64,000 nt of DNA, from assembly GCA_963805545.1 (NCBI GenBank), contig CAWDUU010000001.1:331051-395050 (forward strand), given 5' to 3'. The translations under genes were made by a program, and so were the position numbers. How positions within the stretch are numbered: position 1 is the stretch's first letter; the number at the start of each line of letters is the position of its first letter. The notes under the pieces were generated by a model. It did not search any database, was not told where the DNA came from, and saw nothing but the letters and a program-made list of their open reading frames with translations. Source of the stretch: an uncultured Actinomycetes bacterium. Lineage in GTDB: Bacteria; Actinomycetota; Thermoleophilia; Gaiellales; JAICJC01. Below, one piece after another: positions 37,096-46,926 of this stretch.

Positions 37096-40000
37096 ATGCC
37101 GCCGTTCCAGCCCGTCCCTGCGAAGCCCGACCACGTCGCGCTCGAGCACGCGACGCTCGAGCGGTGGGAGCGCGAGCGCACGTTCGAGACGCTCCGCGAC
37201 CGAAATCGCGGCAACCCGCCCTTCAGCTTCATCGACGGGCCGATCACGGCCAACAACCCGATGGGCGTCCACCACGGGTGGGGCCGGACGCTGAAGGACA
37301 TCTGGCAGCGCTACGCCGCCATGCGCGGCCACGACCTGCTCTACCAGAACGGGTTCGACTGCCAGGGCCTCTGGGTCGAGGTCGGGGTCGAGAAGGAGCT
37401 CGGCCTGAACTCCAAGCGCGAGATCGAGGAGTACGGCCTCGGCCGCTTCGCGCGCGCCTGCCGCGACCGGGTCGCGCTCTTCTCCGGCCAGCTCACCGAG
37501 CACTCCAAGCGGCTCGGCCAGTGGATGGACTGGGAGCGGTCGTACTACACGATGACCGACCCCAACATCTCCTACATCTGGGGCTTCCTCCAGGTCTGCA
37601 ACGAGCGCGGATGGCTCTACAAGGGCCACCGCTCGATGCCGTGGTGCCCGCGCTGCGGCACGTCGCTCTCCCAGCACGAGCTGATCGACTCCTACAAGGA
37701 TCTGACCCACCCGTCGCTTCACGTCCGCATGCCGCTCACCGGCCGTGACCACGAGTACCTGGTGGTGTGGACGACGACTCCGTGGACGCTGCCGGCCAAC
37801 GTGGCGGCGGCCGTCCGCCCCGACGCCGAGTACGCCCGGGTCGAGACGCCGGCCGGCGTTGCGATCGTCGCCGCCGCCCGGCTCGAGGCGAACCCGATCC
37901 GGGGCCGGGTGCTCGGCACCGTGCGCGGCTCCGAGCTGGTCGGCCTCACCTACACGGCGCCGTTCGACGAGCTGCCCGCCCAGCAGAGCTTCGAGAACCG
38001 GGTCGTGGCCTGGGAGGACGTCTCGATGGAGGAGGGGACGGGCATCGTCCACATCGCCCCCGGCTGCGGCGAGGAGGACTTCGAGCTCGGAAAGCGCGAG
38101 GGGCTCGAGGCGCTGATCCCGGTCGACGAGGCCGGCGCCTTCTTCAGCGAGTACGGCTGGCTGCACGGCCACGTGACGGCCGAGGCGGCGCAGATGATCG
38201 TCGACGACCTGGGCCAGCGCGGCCGGCTGGTCTCCGACGGCGAGATCACCCACCGCTACCCCGTGTGCTGGCGCTGCGGCACCGAGCTCATCTACCGGCT
38301 CGTCGACGAGTGGTTCATCCGCTGCGACGAGATCCGCGGGCCGATGATCGAGGCCGCCCGCGGGGTGGAGTGGACGCCGCCCCAGTACGCGAAGCGCATG
38401 GAGGACTGGCTGCGCAACATGGGCGACTGGTGCATCAGCCGCAAGCGCTACTGGGGCCTGCCGCTGCCGTTCTACTTCTGCGAGGACGGCCACCTGACGG
38501 TGGTCGGGTCGAAGGCGGAGCTGCTCGAGCGGGCCGTGCGCGGCACCGAGGGGCTCGAGGAGCTGCACCGGCCCTGGATCGACGACGTCCTCATCCGCTG
38601 CGGCCGGTGCGCCGGCGACGCGCGCCGGGTGGCCGACGTCGGTGACGCCTGGCTCGACGCCGGGATCGTCCCGTTCTCGACGCTCGGCTGGCACAACGAG
38701 GCGTTTGTCGAGGGCGGCTACGCCGAGGGCGCCGGCGTGGGCGTGACGGTCGCCGACCTGCCCGACCACGCCCACTGGGAGAAGTGGTACCCGGCCGACT
38801 GGGTGTCGGAGATGCGCGAGCAGATCCGGCTCTGGTTCTACTCGATGCTGTTCATGGGGGTCACGCTCGACGGCCGCTCGCCGTACCGCCGGGTACTCAC
38901 CTACGAGAAGGTGAACGACGAGACGGGCCGGCCCATGCACAAGTCGTGGGGGAACGCCATCTGGTTCGAGGACGCGATCGAGGAGATGGGCGCCGACGTG
39001 ATGCGCTGGATGTACGCCGCCCAGCCGCCGGCCCAGAACCTGAACTTCGGCTACGGGCGGGCGAATGACGTGAAGAAGCGGCTGCTCACCCTCTGGAACA
39101 CGTATGCGTTCTTCGTCACCTACGCCGGCATCAACGGCTTCCAGCCCGAGGCGTCGGTGCTGGCGGACGGCCCCCGGCCGGAGGGCATGCAGCCGCTCGA
39201 CCGCTGGGTCGTCGCCCGCACGCAGGGGCTCGTGCGCGAGTGCCGCGCCGCGCTCGACTGCTACGACTCGCCCCGGCTCGTTCGCGCCTTCGAGGCGCAC
39301 GTGGACGACCTCTCGAACTGGTACGTCAGGCTGTCGCGGTCGCGGTTCTGGAAGTCCGACGACGAGGCGTCGACGCGGGCCGCGCACGAGACGCTCTGGT
39401 ACGCGCTCGTTCAGGCGATCCGGTGCGTGGCGCCGGTCATGCCGTTCCTGGCCGACGAGATGTGGCAGAACCTGGTGCGCGGGCCCTGCGCCGACGCGGA
39501 GGCCAGCGTCCACCTGAGCGGCTACCCCGAGCCGGTCGAGGCGCTCGGCGACGAGGGCCTGGTCGCGGCGCTCGACTCGGTGCGGACGGTCGTCGAGCTC
39601 GGCCGCCGGGCCCGGTCGGAGGCCAACCTGAAGCTGCGCCAGCCGCTGGCCGAGGTCATCGTCGCGACCGACCACGCCGACCGCCGCCGCCAGGTCGGCG
39701 AGCACGTCGACCTGATCGGCGCGGAGCTGGGCGTGAAGGCCGTGCGGCTCGCCACGTCCGCCGAGGAGTTCGCCCAGACAGAGGTCGTCCCGCTGCTCAA
39801 GCTGCTCGGACCCAAGCACGGCCGCGACCTGGCGATGATCCGCGGGCTCCTGCGCGAGGGCCAGTTCGAGCTCCAGGGCGACACGGTGCAGGTCGGCGAC
39901 TGGACGCTCGAGGCGGGCGAGTTCGAGCTTCGCAGCCGCGCCCGCGAGGGTTTCGCGGTGACCGACGGCGAGGGCTTCGTCGTCGCGCTCGACACCGAGA

Positions 40001-40230
40001 TCACGCCGGAGCTTCGGCTCGAAGGCGTGGTGCGCGATCTCATCCGCCAGATCCAGGACATGCGCAAGGACGCCGGTCTCGAGATCACCGACCGCATCCG
40101 GCTCACCTATCCCGAGCGCGACGGCGACGTCACGCGCGCCTTCACCGAGCACGGCGACTGGATCGCGGCCGAGACGCTGGCCGTCTCCGTCGAGCCGGGG
40201 GCCGAGCTCGGCATCGCCAAGGCCGGCTGA
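37096..40230 (+). CDS. ileS: Isoleucine-tRNA ligase, type 2
   Basis: DGPITAN, GFDCQGL, WTTTPWTLPAN, GTGIVHIAPG, DWCISRKRYWG, MHKSWGN; leaderless TAGACT -10. Confidence 0.96.
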   Translation: MPPFQPVPAKPDHVALEHATLERWERERTFETLRDRNRGNPPFSFIDGPITANNPMGVHHGWGRTLKDIWQRYAAMRGHDLLYQNGFDCQGLWVEVGVEKELGLNSKREIEEYGLGRFARACRDRVALFSGQLTEHSKRLGQWMDWERSYYTMTDPNISYIWGFLQVCNERGWLYKGHRSMPWCPRCGTSLSQHELIDSYKDLTHPSLHVRMPLTGRDHEYLVVWTTTPWTLPANVAAAVRPDAEYARVETPAGVAIVAAARLEANPIRGRVLGTVRGSELVGLTYTAPFDELPAQQSFENRVVAWEDVSMEEGTGIVHIAPGCGEEDFELGKREGLEALIPVDEAGAFFSEYGWLHGHVTAEAAQMIVDDLGQRGRLVSDGEITHRYPVCWRCGTELIYRLVDEWFIRCDEIRGPMIEAARGVEWTPPQYAKRMEDWLRNMGDWCISRKRYWGLPLPFYFCEDGHLTVVGSKAELLERAVRGTEGLEELHRPWIDDVLIRCGRCAGDARRVADVGDAWLDAGIVPFSTLGWHNEAFVEGGYAEGAGVGVTVADLPDHAHWEKWYPADWVSEMREQIRLWFYSMLFMGVTLDGRSPYRRVLTYEKVNDETGRPMHKSWGNAIWFEDAIEEMGADVMRWMYAAQPPAQNLNFGYGRANDVKKRLLTLWNTYAFFVTYAGINGFQPEASVLADGPRPEGMQPLDRWVVARTQGLVRECRAALDCYDSPRLVRAFEAHVDDLSNWYVRLSRSRFWKSDDEASTRAAHETLWYALVQAIRCVAPVMPFLADEMWQNLVRGPCADAEASVHLSGYPEPVEALGDEGLVAALDSVRTVVELGRRARSEANLKLRQPLAEVIVATDHADRRRQVGEHVDLIGAELGVKAVRLATSAEEFAQTEVVPLLKLLGPKHGRDLAMIRGLLREGQFELQGDTVQVGDWTLEAGEFELRSRAREGFAVTDGEGFVVALDTEITPELRLEGVVRDLIRQIQDMRKDAGLEITDRIRLTYPERDGDVTRAFTEHGDWIAAETLAVSVEPGAELGIAKAG

Positions 40231-40235
40231 GCGCG

Positions 40236-41231
40236 GTGCGGCTCCTCGTCCTCGGCGGCACGCGGTTCCTCGGCCGGCACCTGGTCGAGGCGGCGCTCGA
40301 CGCCGGCGACTCGGTCACGCTCTTTCACCGCGGGCGCACCAACCCGGAGCTCTTCGCCGGGAGGGTCGAGCGCATCGAGGGCGACCGCGACGGCGGCCTC
40401 GACCTTCCGGCCGGCGGCGAGTGGGACGCCGTCGTCGACACGTGCGGCTACGTCCCGCGGGTGGTCGCCGCCTCGGCGACCGCGCTGGCGGGCCGGTGCG
40501 GCCACTACACGTTCGTCTCGACCGAGTCCGTCTACGGCGACGTCGGCGAGGCGGGGGTCGACGAGTCGGCACCGGTGGCGCGGCTGCCGGATCCGGCCAC
40601 CGAGGTGGTCGACGGCGAGACGTACGGCGGCCTGAAGGCGCTGTGCGAGGCGGCGGCGGAGGCCGCGATCCCGGGCCGCGTCCTGAACGTCCGCCCCGGG
40701 CTGATCGTGGGGCCGTGGGACCCGACCGACCGGTTCACCTACTGGCCGCGCCGGATCGCAGCCGGGGGCGCCGTGCTCCTGCCGGGCGGGCCCGAGCGGC
40801 CGGTGCAGTTCGTGGACGGGCGCGACCTGGCCGCGTGGATCCTGGCGGCAGCCCGCCGCGCCCTCACGGGGACGTTCAACGCCTGCGGCCCTGCCGAGCG
40901 GACGGGGATGGGCGCGCTCTTCGAGGCCTGCACGGCGGTCTCGGGCTCGGACGCACGGCCGGCCTGGACAGACGAGCGGGCCCTGATCGACGCCGGCGTC
41001 GAGCCGTGGAGCGAGCTGCCGCTGTGGGTGGGCGAGGGTGCCGATCCCACCGACGCCGGGTTCATGCAGATCAGCTCGGCCCGCGCGATCGCCGAGGGGC
41101 TGGCGTTCCGGCCGGTCGAGGAGATCGTGCGTGACACGCTGGAGTGGGACCGCGAGCACCCGGAGTTCCGGTCGGCCGCGGCGCTCACGCCCGAGCGCGA
41201 GGCCGAGCTCCTGGCCGCGCTCGCCGCCTGA
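40236..41231 (+). CDS. NAD-dependent epimerase/dehydratase (isoflavone reductase-like)
   Basis: LGGTRFLG, FHRGRT, YGGLKALCE, RPGLIVGP. Confidence 0.9.
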   Translation: MRLLVLGGTRFLGRHLVEAALDAGDSVTLFHRGRTNPELFAGRVERIEGDRDGGLDLPAGGEWDAVVDTCGYVPRVVAASATALAGRCGHYTFVSTESVYGDVGEAGVDESAPVARLPDPATEVVDGETYGGLKALCEAAAEAAIPGRVLNVRPGLIVGPWDPTDRFTYWPRRIAAGGAVLLPGGPERPVQFVDGRDLAAWILAAARRALTGTFNACGPAERTGMGALFEACTAVSGSDARPAWTDERALIDAGVEPWSELPLWVGEGADPTDAGFMQISSARAIAEGLAFRPVEEIVRDTLEWDREHPEFRSAAALTPEREAELLAALAA

Positions 41232-41238
41232 CGCAGGA

Positions 41239-42183
41239 TCAGCCGGCCGCGGCCCGGCGCAGCTCGACCGGCAGCGAGAAGTGGACGTCCTCGTCCACCA
41301 GCTCGTGTGACTCGACGAGCTGCGTGCCGAGCGCCTGGAAGTGCTCGACGACGCGCGTCACGAGCGACTCCGGCGCGGAGGCGCCCGAGGTGATCCCCAC
41401 GGTCTCGACCCCGTCCAGCCAGGCGGGGTCGATGTCCGTCTCGTCGTCGATCAGGTGCGAGGCGACGCCCATCTCGCGGGTCACGTCGACGAGCCGGTTG
41501 GAGTTCGACGAGTTGCGCGACCCGATGACGAGCACCAGGTCGACCTCCCGCGCCAGCTCCTTCACCGCGTTCTGGCGGTTCTGGGTCGCGTAGCAGATGT
41601 CGTCCTTCTTCGGCCCGATGACGGCGGGGAAGCGCACGCGGAGCGCGGCGATGATCTCGAGCGTCTCGTCGACGGAGAGGGTGGTCTGGGTGATGTAGGC
41701 GACCCGCTCCGGATCGGGCACGTCGAGCGCCTCGATCTCGCCGACCGAGCCGATGAGCTGGATCGCGTCGGGCGCCTCGCCCATCGTGCCCACGACCTCC
41801 TCGTGGCCCTCGTGGCCGATCAGGACGATCGTGTAGCCGCGGGCCGCGTATTGCCGGGCCTCGGCGTGCACCTTGCTGACGAGCGGGCAGGTGGCGTCGA
41901 GCACGCGCAGGTTGCGGTCCTTCGAGTTGCGGTACACCTCGGGCGCGACGCCGTGGGCGGAGAGCACGACCGCGCCGCCCTCGGGCACGTCGAGCTCGGA
42001 GTCGACGAAGACCGCGCCCCGGTCGGAGAGCTCGTTCACCACGTGCCGGTTGTGGACGATCTCCTTGCGGACGTAGACGGGCGCGCCGAAGTGGTCGAGC
42101 GCGCGCTCCACGGTGTCGACGGCGCGGTCGACGCCGGCGCAGTAGCCGCGCGGCGACGCGAGCACGAGCTTGCGGGGAACCAC
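41239..42183 (-). CDS. ispH: 4-hydroxy-3-methylbut-2-enyl diphosphate reductase
   Basis: PRGYCAGV, IVHN, DATCPLV, GHEEV, ICYATQNRQ, SSNS, GASAPE. Confidence 0.98.
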   Translation of the reverse strand: MVPRKLVLASPRGYCAGVDRAVDTVERALDHFGAPVYVRKEIVHNRHVVNELSDRGAVFVDSELDVPEGGAVVLSAHGVAPEVYRNSKDRNLRVLDATCPLVSKVHAEARQYAARGYTIVLIGHEGHEEVVGTMGEAPDAIQLIGSVGEIEALDVPDPERVAYITQTTLSVDETLEIIAALRVRFPAVIGPKKDDICYATQNRQNAVKELAREVDLVLVIGSRNSSNSNRLVDVTREMGVASHLIDDETDIDPAWLDGVETVGITSGASAPESLVTRVVEHFQALGTQLVESHELVDEDVHFSLPVELRRAAAG

Positions 42184-42282
42184 GGGCTCATGGTACCCCG
42201 GAGGTGCTCATGCTTCACGCACCGGCGGTCACGCGGCCACGGTAGGCGTGCCCGAGGGGGGTCCCCCGCGGAAGCACCCGGG

Positions 42283-42386
42283 CGGTCGTGGCTCCGGCGA
42301 AGACCGCGTTCTTCGCCGGAGCGCGGCTCACGGACCGCGTGCCCCTTAAGGAGGGGGTTCGTGGGGGAACCCTGGGTTCCCCCGCG
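42283..42386 (-). repeat. Double-hairpin extragenic element, copy 2
   Basis: Reverse complement matches 26877-26978 (GCGGGGGAACCCAGGGTTCCCCC...GGCGAAGAACGCGGTCTTCGCCG...GCCACGACCG). Confidence 0.85.
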
Positions 42387-42391
42387 GTGAG

Positions 42392-42886
42392 TTAGCGGTG
42401 GCCCCAGTCCACGGTCCACACCGAGGCGCCGGGGTGGCCGAGGAAGGTGCCGTACACGCGGCCGATGCCGACCAGGTGGTAACGGGCGGAGAGCAGGATC
42501 GCGCGGTGCTCGGGGCTCTGCATCCAGGCCTTCACGACCGCCGCGGGCGTTCCCTGGCTGCCGTAGCCCCAGGCCAGCGTCTCGCCGGCCCACCACTGCC
42601 CGTAGGTGACGAAGCCCGAACGCACGACCCGGTGGGTGAGCGTCGAGCCGGTCGGGCTGGTGTGCGCGAAGTAGCCGCGCGCCATCATGTCGAGGGAGTG
42701 ATGCCGCGCCGCCGCACGCAGGCCCTTCGACGGCGCGATCGGGCGCAGCCCGTGCGCCCTCCGGACGTCGTTGATCGCCCGGAAGAGGTTGACCCATTGA
42801 TGACTAGCTGCCTGAGCCGGCCCCGCGGCAACTCCGAGAATGCCCACCGCGGCGACCAGCGCGAACACGCGCCGACCCGTCTTCAT
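42392..42886 (-). CDS. Secreted CAP (SCP) domain protein
   Basis: INDVRRAHGL, AARHHSLDM...YFAH, GETLA, WMQSPEHRAILL. Confidence 0.92.
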   Translation of the reverse strand: MKTGRRVFALVAAVGILGVAAGPAQAASHQWVNLFRAINDVRRAHGLRPIAPSKGLRAAARHHSLDMMARGYFAHTSPTGSTLTHRVVRSGFVTYGQWWAGETLAWGYGSQGTPAAVVKAWMQSPEHRAILLSARYHLVGIGRVYGTFLGHPGASVWTVDWGHR

Positions 42887-42939
42887 ACCGAAATTCATCG
42901 GCCGCTCTCTGACGGGCATTAGTGAAAAAACAGTAAATG

Positions 42940-45900
42940 TCAGGCGGCGGCGCGCCAGCCGCCCGAGCCGCGCGCGAGCCTGAGCGGCCGGCCTGCGCGT
43001 ACCTCGCCCGACCAGCCGGGTGCGGTGATCGCCACGGCCCCGTCGGCCGCCTCGACCACGAGCTCGTCGGCCGAGACGGTGACGCTGAGAGGCGTTCCGC
43101 GGTGGATCCAGCGGAAGCGCAGCCGCTCCCACCGGGGCGGCAGATGCGGGTCGAGCCGGAACGACCCGTCCTCGAGGCTGCGCGCGCCGGCGCAGCCCAG
43201 GACGACCGCCTGCCAGAGCCCGCCCTGCGTCGCCATGTGCAGTCCCTCAGTGCGGTTGCCGCGGCTGTCCTCGAGGTCGATCGCGGTCGCCCGGCGCAGG
43301 TAGTCGTCTGCCTGGTCATCCATTCCGGCGCGGCGCGCCACCAGCGAGTGGACGGCCTCCGAGAGCGACGACAGATGGCGGGTCAGCGGCTCGTACAGCC
43401 GATAGCTGGCGGCCCGCTCGGCAGCGTCGAACTCCTCCTCGAGGATCGCCATCAGCATCACGACGTCGGCCTGCTTCACGTCGCGCCACTCCATCCGGTC
43501 CCGCTGCCACGCCAGCTCGTCGCGCCCGGCCCGCTCGTCGGCCGGGAGCGGCAGCGACATGAAGCCCTCGTGCTCCTCGATCAACCCGTCCTCGGTCCGG
43601 AGGACGACCATCCGGCCGGCGGCCTCGCGCCAGGCCCGCGGCTCGCCGGGCTCCGCCTCGGCGTGGCCGGCCTCGACGAGGCCGGCAGCCCGCCGCAGCG
43701 TCCACGCCGCCATCACGTTGGTGAAGCCGCTGTTCTTCACGCTCTCGTGCAGCTCGTCGGGGCCGATCACGTCGTGCAGCTCGAGGCCGCGCTCGGTCTC
43801 GACCGCCCGGCTCAGGAAGAAGCGGGCGCACTCCGCGGTCACCTCGCCGCCGCCGGCGTCGAGGAACGCCTCGTCGCCCGACGTGCGCACGTAGGTCTCG
43901 ATCGCCCAGGCGACGTCGGCGACCACGTGGATCTCCTCCTTGCCTGTGAGCACCTCCAGGCGGCGGCCGCCCGGGCCGAGGACGAACGACGGCGTCACGT
44001 CCTCACCCGACGCGGCGCTCTCCCACGCGTACCACGCCCCTCGGAGCCCGGCCGCCTCGGCGTTCCGGCGGGCCGCGTCAAGCGTCAGCACGCGGTACTC
44101 GACGATCCGGCGTGCGATGTCCGGGCGGACGGCGGCGAAGAACGGCAGCTGGAAGATGTCGGTGTCCCAGAAGACGTGGCCCTTGTAGCCGTCGCCGGTG
44201 AGGCCCTTGGCGCCGATCGACGTCCGGCTGTTCTCGGTCGGCGCGGCCGCGATCAGCTCGGCGGCCGCGAACCGGACCGCGAGCTGCGCGTCGCCGTCGC
44301 CCTCGATCTCGACGTCGGCCGCCTCCCACACCTGTCCCCAGGCGGCGGCGTGGGCCTCGATCAGCGCGTCGAACCCGGCGTTCTGCGCCGATCGTGCGCC
44401 GCGGACGGCAGACGGCCCGGGGAGCGGGGCCTCGCGCTCGGTGTGGACGGCCACGAACCGGTCGACGACCAGCGCGTCGCCGGCGGCCAGGTCGCACGAG
44501 ACGGCCCGGCCGCACATGTCCTCGCCGGCGACGTGCTCGCACGCGAGCGCCGAGCCGCGCGCCGCGGCGCTGACGGCGACGGCATGGTCGACCGCGACCC
44601 GGTTTCCCGGCGTTCGCCCGTGCAGCACGGCGATCTCGCCGACGTGGCCGGTGGCCACGAGCTGCACGTGGGGGAGCGGTCCATGGGCCTCGCGAGTTCG
44701 GACCGCGCTCACGACCTCGACGCGGGCGCCCGGCCCCTCCTCGATCGCGAGCTCGAGCCGGATCGCCCCGATGTGGCGGTCGGCAAGGCTCGCGATCCGC
44801 TGCGAGCGCAGCCGCAGGGTGCGGCCCTCGGGGTCGACGCAGCGCAGCGTGCGGTCGAGCCGGAGCGCGCGCAGGTCGAGCCGGCGCGTGTGCTCGAGGA
44901 CGCGCCACTCCCACGGGCGCAGCGGCCGGCCGCCGACGAGGATCTCGGTCGCGGCCCAGTCCCCGATCACGACCAGATCCTCCTGGCCCGTCACCGTGCC
45001 GTCGAAGAGCCCGGCGACGTACGCCCCGGGCATCGACCCCGGGCCGTCCTCGTCGGCCGTCCCGCGGATCCCGAGGAAGCCGTTCGAGACGGCGAAGAGC
45101 GTCTCGACCGACGCCTCCGTCACCGGGTCGTAGCCGGCCCGCTCGACGACCCAGCCGTCCGCCGGCGGGAGCTCGGGCGCGGGCTCCTCGACCTCCGCCG
45201 GGACGGCCGGCGCGGGCAGGACGCCCAGATCGGCCTGGGCGTCGAGCAGCTCGACGAACGCGGCCGGGCCGCCGCCGAGATGCAGCACCCCGGTCGGGAC
45301 GCCGTTCGGCTCGCGGCCCACCGAGACGATGGTCGCGCCGGCGGCCAGGCGCGAGACCATCCGGTAGTCGGAGCCCTCGAACCCGGCGATCGGGCCGAAC
45401 TCGTCGCCGGCCAGGAGCACCTCGGCGGGCAGGATCGCCCGGGCGGGTGCGAGCCGCCGCATCACGTAGGAGATCGAGTCCGACTTGTCGGTGAGCCCGA
45501 CCTCGACGTGCTTCACGTCGGTCGTGATGCGCGGGTCGCGCAGGCCGGCCGCGACCGCCGCCTCGGCGGTCATGTCGATCACCGCGCCGATCCCGCCCGG
45601 CACCGGCGCCAGCCGTTTCTCGACGGCGGCGAGGAGCTCGCCGATGCGGGCCTTCGGCGGATCGGCCCACTCGGGCTCCGGGATGAGGTCGAGCTTGCGC
45701 CGGTTCAGGCGGTTCCGGACGATGTCGATCTCGACGCCGTGGTCGGCCGCCAGCCGGTCGCGAACGGCGTCGGCGGTGCGGTCGAGGGCGGCGTTCTCCT
45801 CCGACGACGCCTCCCGGGCCCAGAGCAGCGAGCGGGCGCCGTCGGGCTCGTGCGCGTACACCTCGGACCCGCGGTTCACCATCATGTAGAGCCGCGAGAG

Positions 45901-46113
45901 CGCCGAGGGGGTGAGGAGCGGCGCGATCTGGCCGCCCACGTTGTCGGCGTTCGTCCCGGTGATCACGACGAGGAGCACGCCCTCGTCGAGAAGCCGCTGC
46001 ATGGCGCCGGCGAGCTCGGCGGGATGCTCCCTGCGGTCGGTGACGGCCGTGCCGTCCCAGTCGAACGCGATCAGCCGGTAGCGATGGTCACCGAGCGGAC
46101 CCTGCCCGTCCAC
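42940..46113 (-). CDS. HAD-like phosphatase fused to a GH65 glycoside phosphorylase
   Basis: FDWDGT, ITG, KSD, GDE..D HAD motifs; FAVSNGFLGIRG, YKGHVFWDTD, GPDE, KQADV GH65 motifs. Confidence 0.9.
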   Translation of the reverse strand: MDGQGPLGDHRYRLIAFDWDGTAVTDRREHPAELAGAMQRLLDEGVLLVVITGTNADNVGGQIAPLLTPSALSRLYMMVNRGSEVYAHEPDGARSLLWAREASSEENAALDRTADAVRDRLAADHGVEIDIVRNRLNRRKLDLIPEPEWADPPKARIGELLAAVEKRLAPVPGGIGAVIDMTAEAAVAAGLRDPRITTDVKHVEVGLTDKSDSISYVMRRLAPARAILPAEVLLAGDEFGPIAGFEGSDYRMVSRLAAGATIVSVGREPNGVPTGVLHLGGGPAAFVELLDAQADLGVLPAPAVPAEVEEPAPELPPADGWVVERAGYDPVTEASVETLFAVSNGFLGIRGTADEDGPGSMPGAYVAGLFDGTVTGQEDLVVIGDWAATEILVGGRPLRPWEWRVLEHTRRLDLRALRLDRTLRCVDPEGRTLRLRSQRIASLADRHIGAIRLELAIEEGPGARVEVVSAVRTREAHGPLPHVQLVATGHVGEIAVLHGRTPGNRVAVDHAVAVSAAARGSALACEHVAGEDMCGRAVSCDLAAGDALVVDRFVAVHTEREAPLPGPSAVRGARSAQNAGFDALIEAHAAAWGQVWEAADVEIEGDGDAQLAVRFAAAELIAAAPTENSRTSIGAKGLTGDGYKGHVFWDTDIFQLPFFAAVRPDIARRIVEYRVLTLDAARRNAEAAGLRGAWYAWESAASGEDVTPSFVLGPGGRRLEVLTGKEEIHVVADVAWAIETYVRTSGDEAFLDAGGGEVTAECARFFLSRAVETERGLELHDVIGPDELHESVKNSGFTNVMAAWTLRRAAGLVEAGHAEAEPGEPRAWREAAGRMVVLRTEDGLIEEHEGFMSLPLPADERAGRDELAWQRDRMEWRDVKQADVVMLMAILEEEFDAAERAASYRLYEPLTRHLSSLSEAVHSLVARRAGMDDQADDYLRRATAIDLEDSRGNRTEGLHMATQGGLWQAVVLGCAGARSLEDGSFRLDPHLPPRWERLRFRWIHRGTPLSVTVSADELVVEAADGAVAITAPGWSGEVRAGRPLRLARGSGGWRAAA

Positions 46114-46120
46114 GAGCTTC

Positions 46121-46756
46121 CTAGCGGATCACGACGCGCGTGCCCACGGTGGCGAACTGGTAGACGACGATCGCGTCGCGGTCGAAGATTCGGATGCACC
46201 CGTGGGAGGCGGGGTACCCGGGCACGGACGGGTACTGGTGGAAGGCGTCGCCGGCGTAGAAGTAGCTGGCGTAGGGGAGCCACACGTGGAACGGCTTCGA
46301 CCACGACATGAGCTCCTTGCGGTAGATCCGGAAGTGCCCCGACGGTGTGACGTGGCCGGGCGCGGCGGTCGAGACGTGAATCGCCCGCGTGACCTTGCCG
46401 CCCTTGGCGATCGTGAGCAGCACCTGCTTGGACTTGTGCACCTCGACGTGCTTGTACACCCGCGACCACGGGGTCGGGCGGTGCTTGGCCTTGTGCAGGC
46501 GGCGGAGCGTCGTCGAGCCGGCGACGCCGTCGCGTGTGAGCCCCACCCAGCCCTGGAACGCCATCACGGCCTGGGCCGTGCGCGCGCTGTAGACGCCGGT
46601 CAGCCCGGTCTTCCCGAGGTAGCGGAGCTTCACGAGCTTCTTCTGGAGCTTGTGGACATCTGGTCCGGACGAGCCGATCGAGAGCGACGCGAACGCCGGC
46701 GCCGGCACTGCGAGCGCCGCGATGACGAGGGCGATGACGATGAAACCGCGGCGCAT
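46121..46756 (-). CDS. L,D-transpeptidase (YkuD) with peptidoglycan-binding domain
   Basis: GSSGPDVHKLQKKL...AFQ...DGVAG; TPSG; SHGCIR. Confidence 0.92.
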   Translation of the reverse strand: MRRGFIVIALVIAALAVPAPAFASLSIGSSGPDVHKLQKKLVKLRYLGKTGLTGVYSARTAQAVMAFQGWVGLTRDGVAGSTTLRRLHKAKHRPTPWSRVYKHVEVHKSKQVLLTIAKGGKVTRAIHVSTAAPGHVTPSGHFRIYRKELMSWSKPFHVWLPYASYFYAGDAFHQYPSVPGYPASHGCIRIFDRDAIVVYQFATVGTRVVIR

Positions 46757-46890
46757 GCGGGGCGAATACTAGGGCGCTTCGCGGCCGGACGCCCAACCGA
46801 GGTGGTTGGCTCCGCCGAACTCGGCGGGTCGTCGGCGGCTATGTGGCGACGGCCGCCGCTTGCGAACGCTCCCTCGATCTCATCCATCTC

Positions 46891-46926
46891 CGCAACAACG
46901 GGGTCAGACCCCGATGTTGCGCGCGG
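46891..46926. repeat. REP-like palindrome overlapping a gene 3' end
   Basis: CGCAACA-A-CGGGGTC-A-GACCCCG-A-TGTTGCG; 28 bp match 14837-14864 with one mismatch. Confidence 0.85.
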
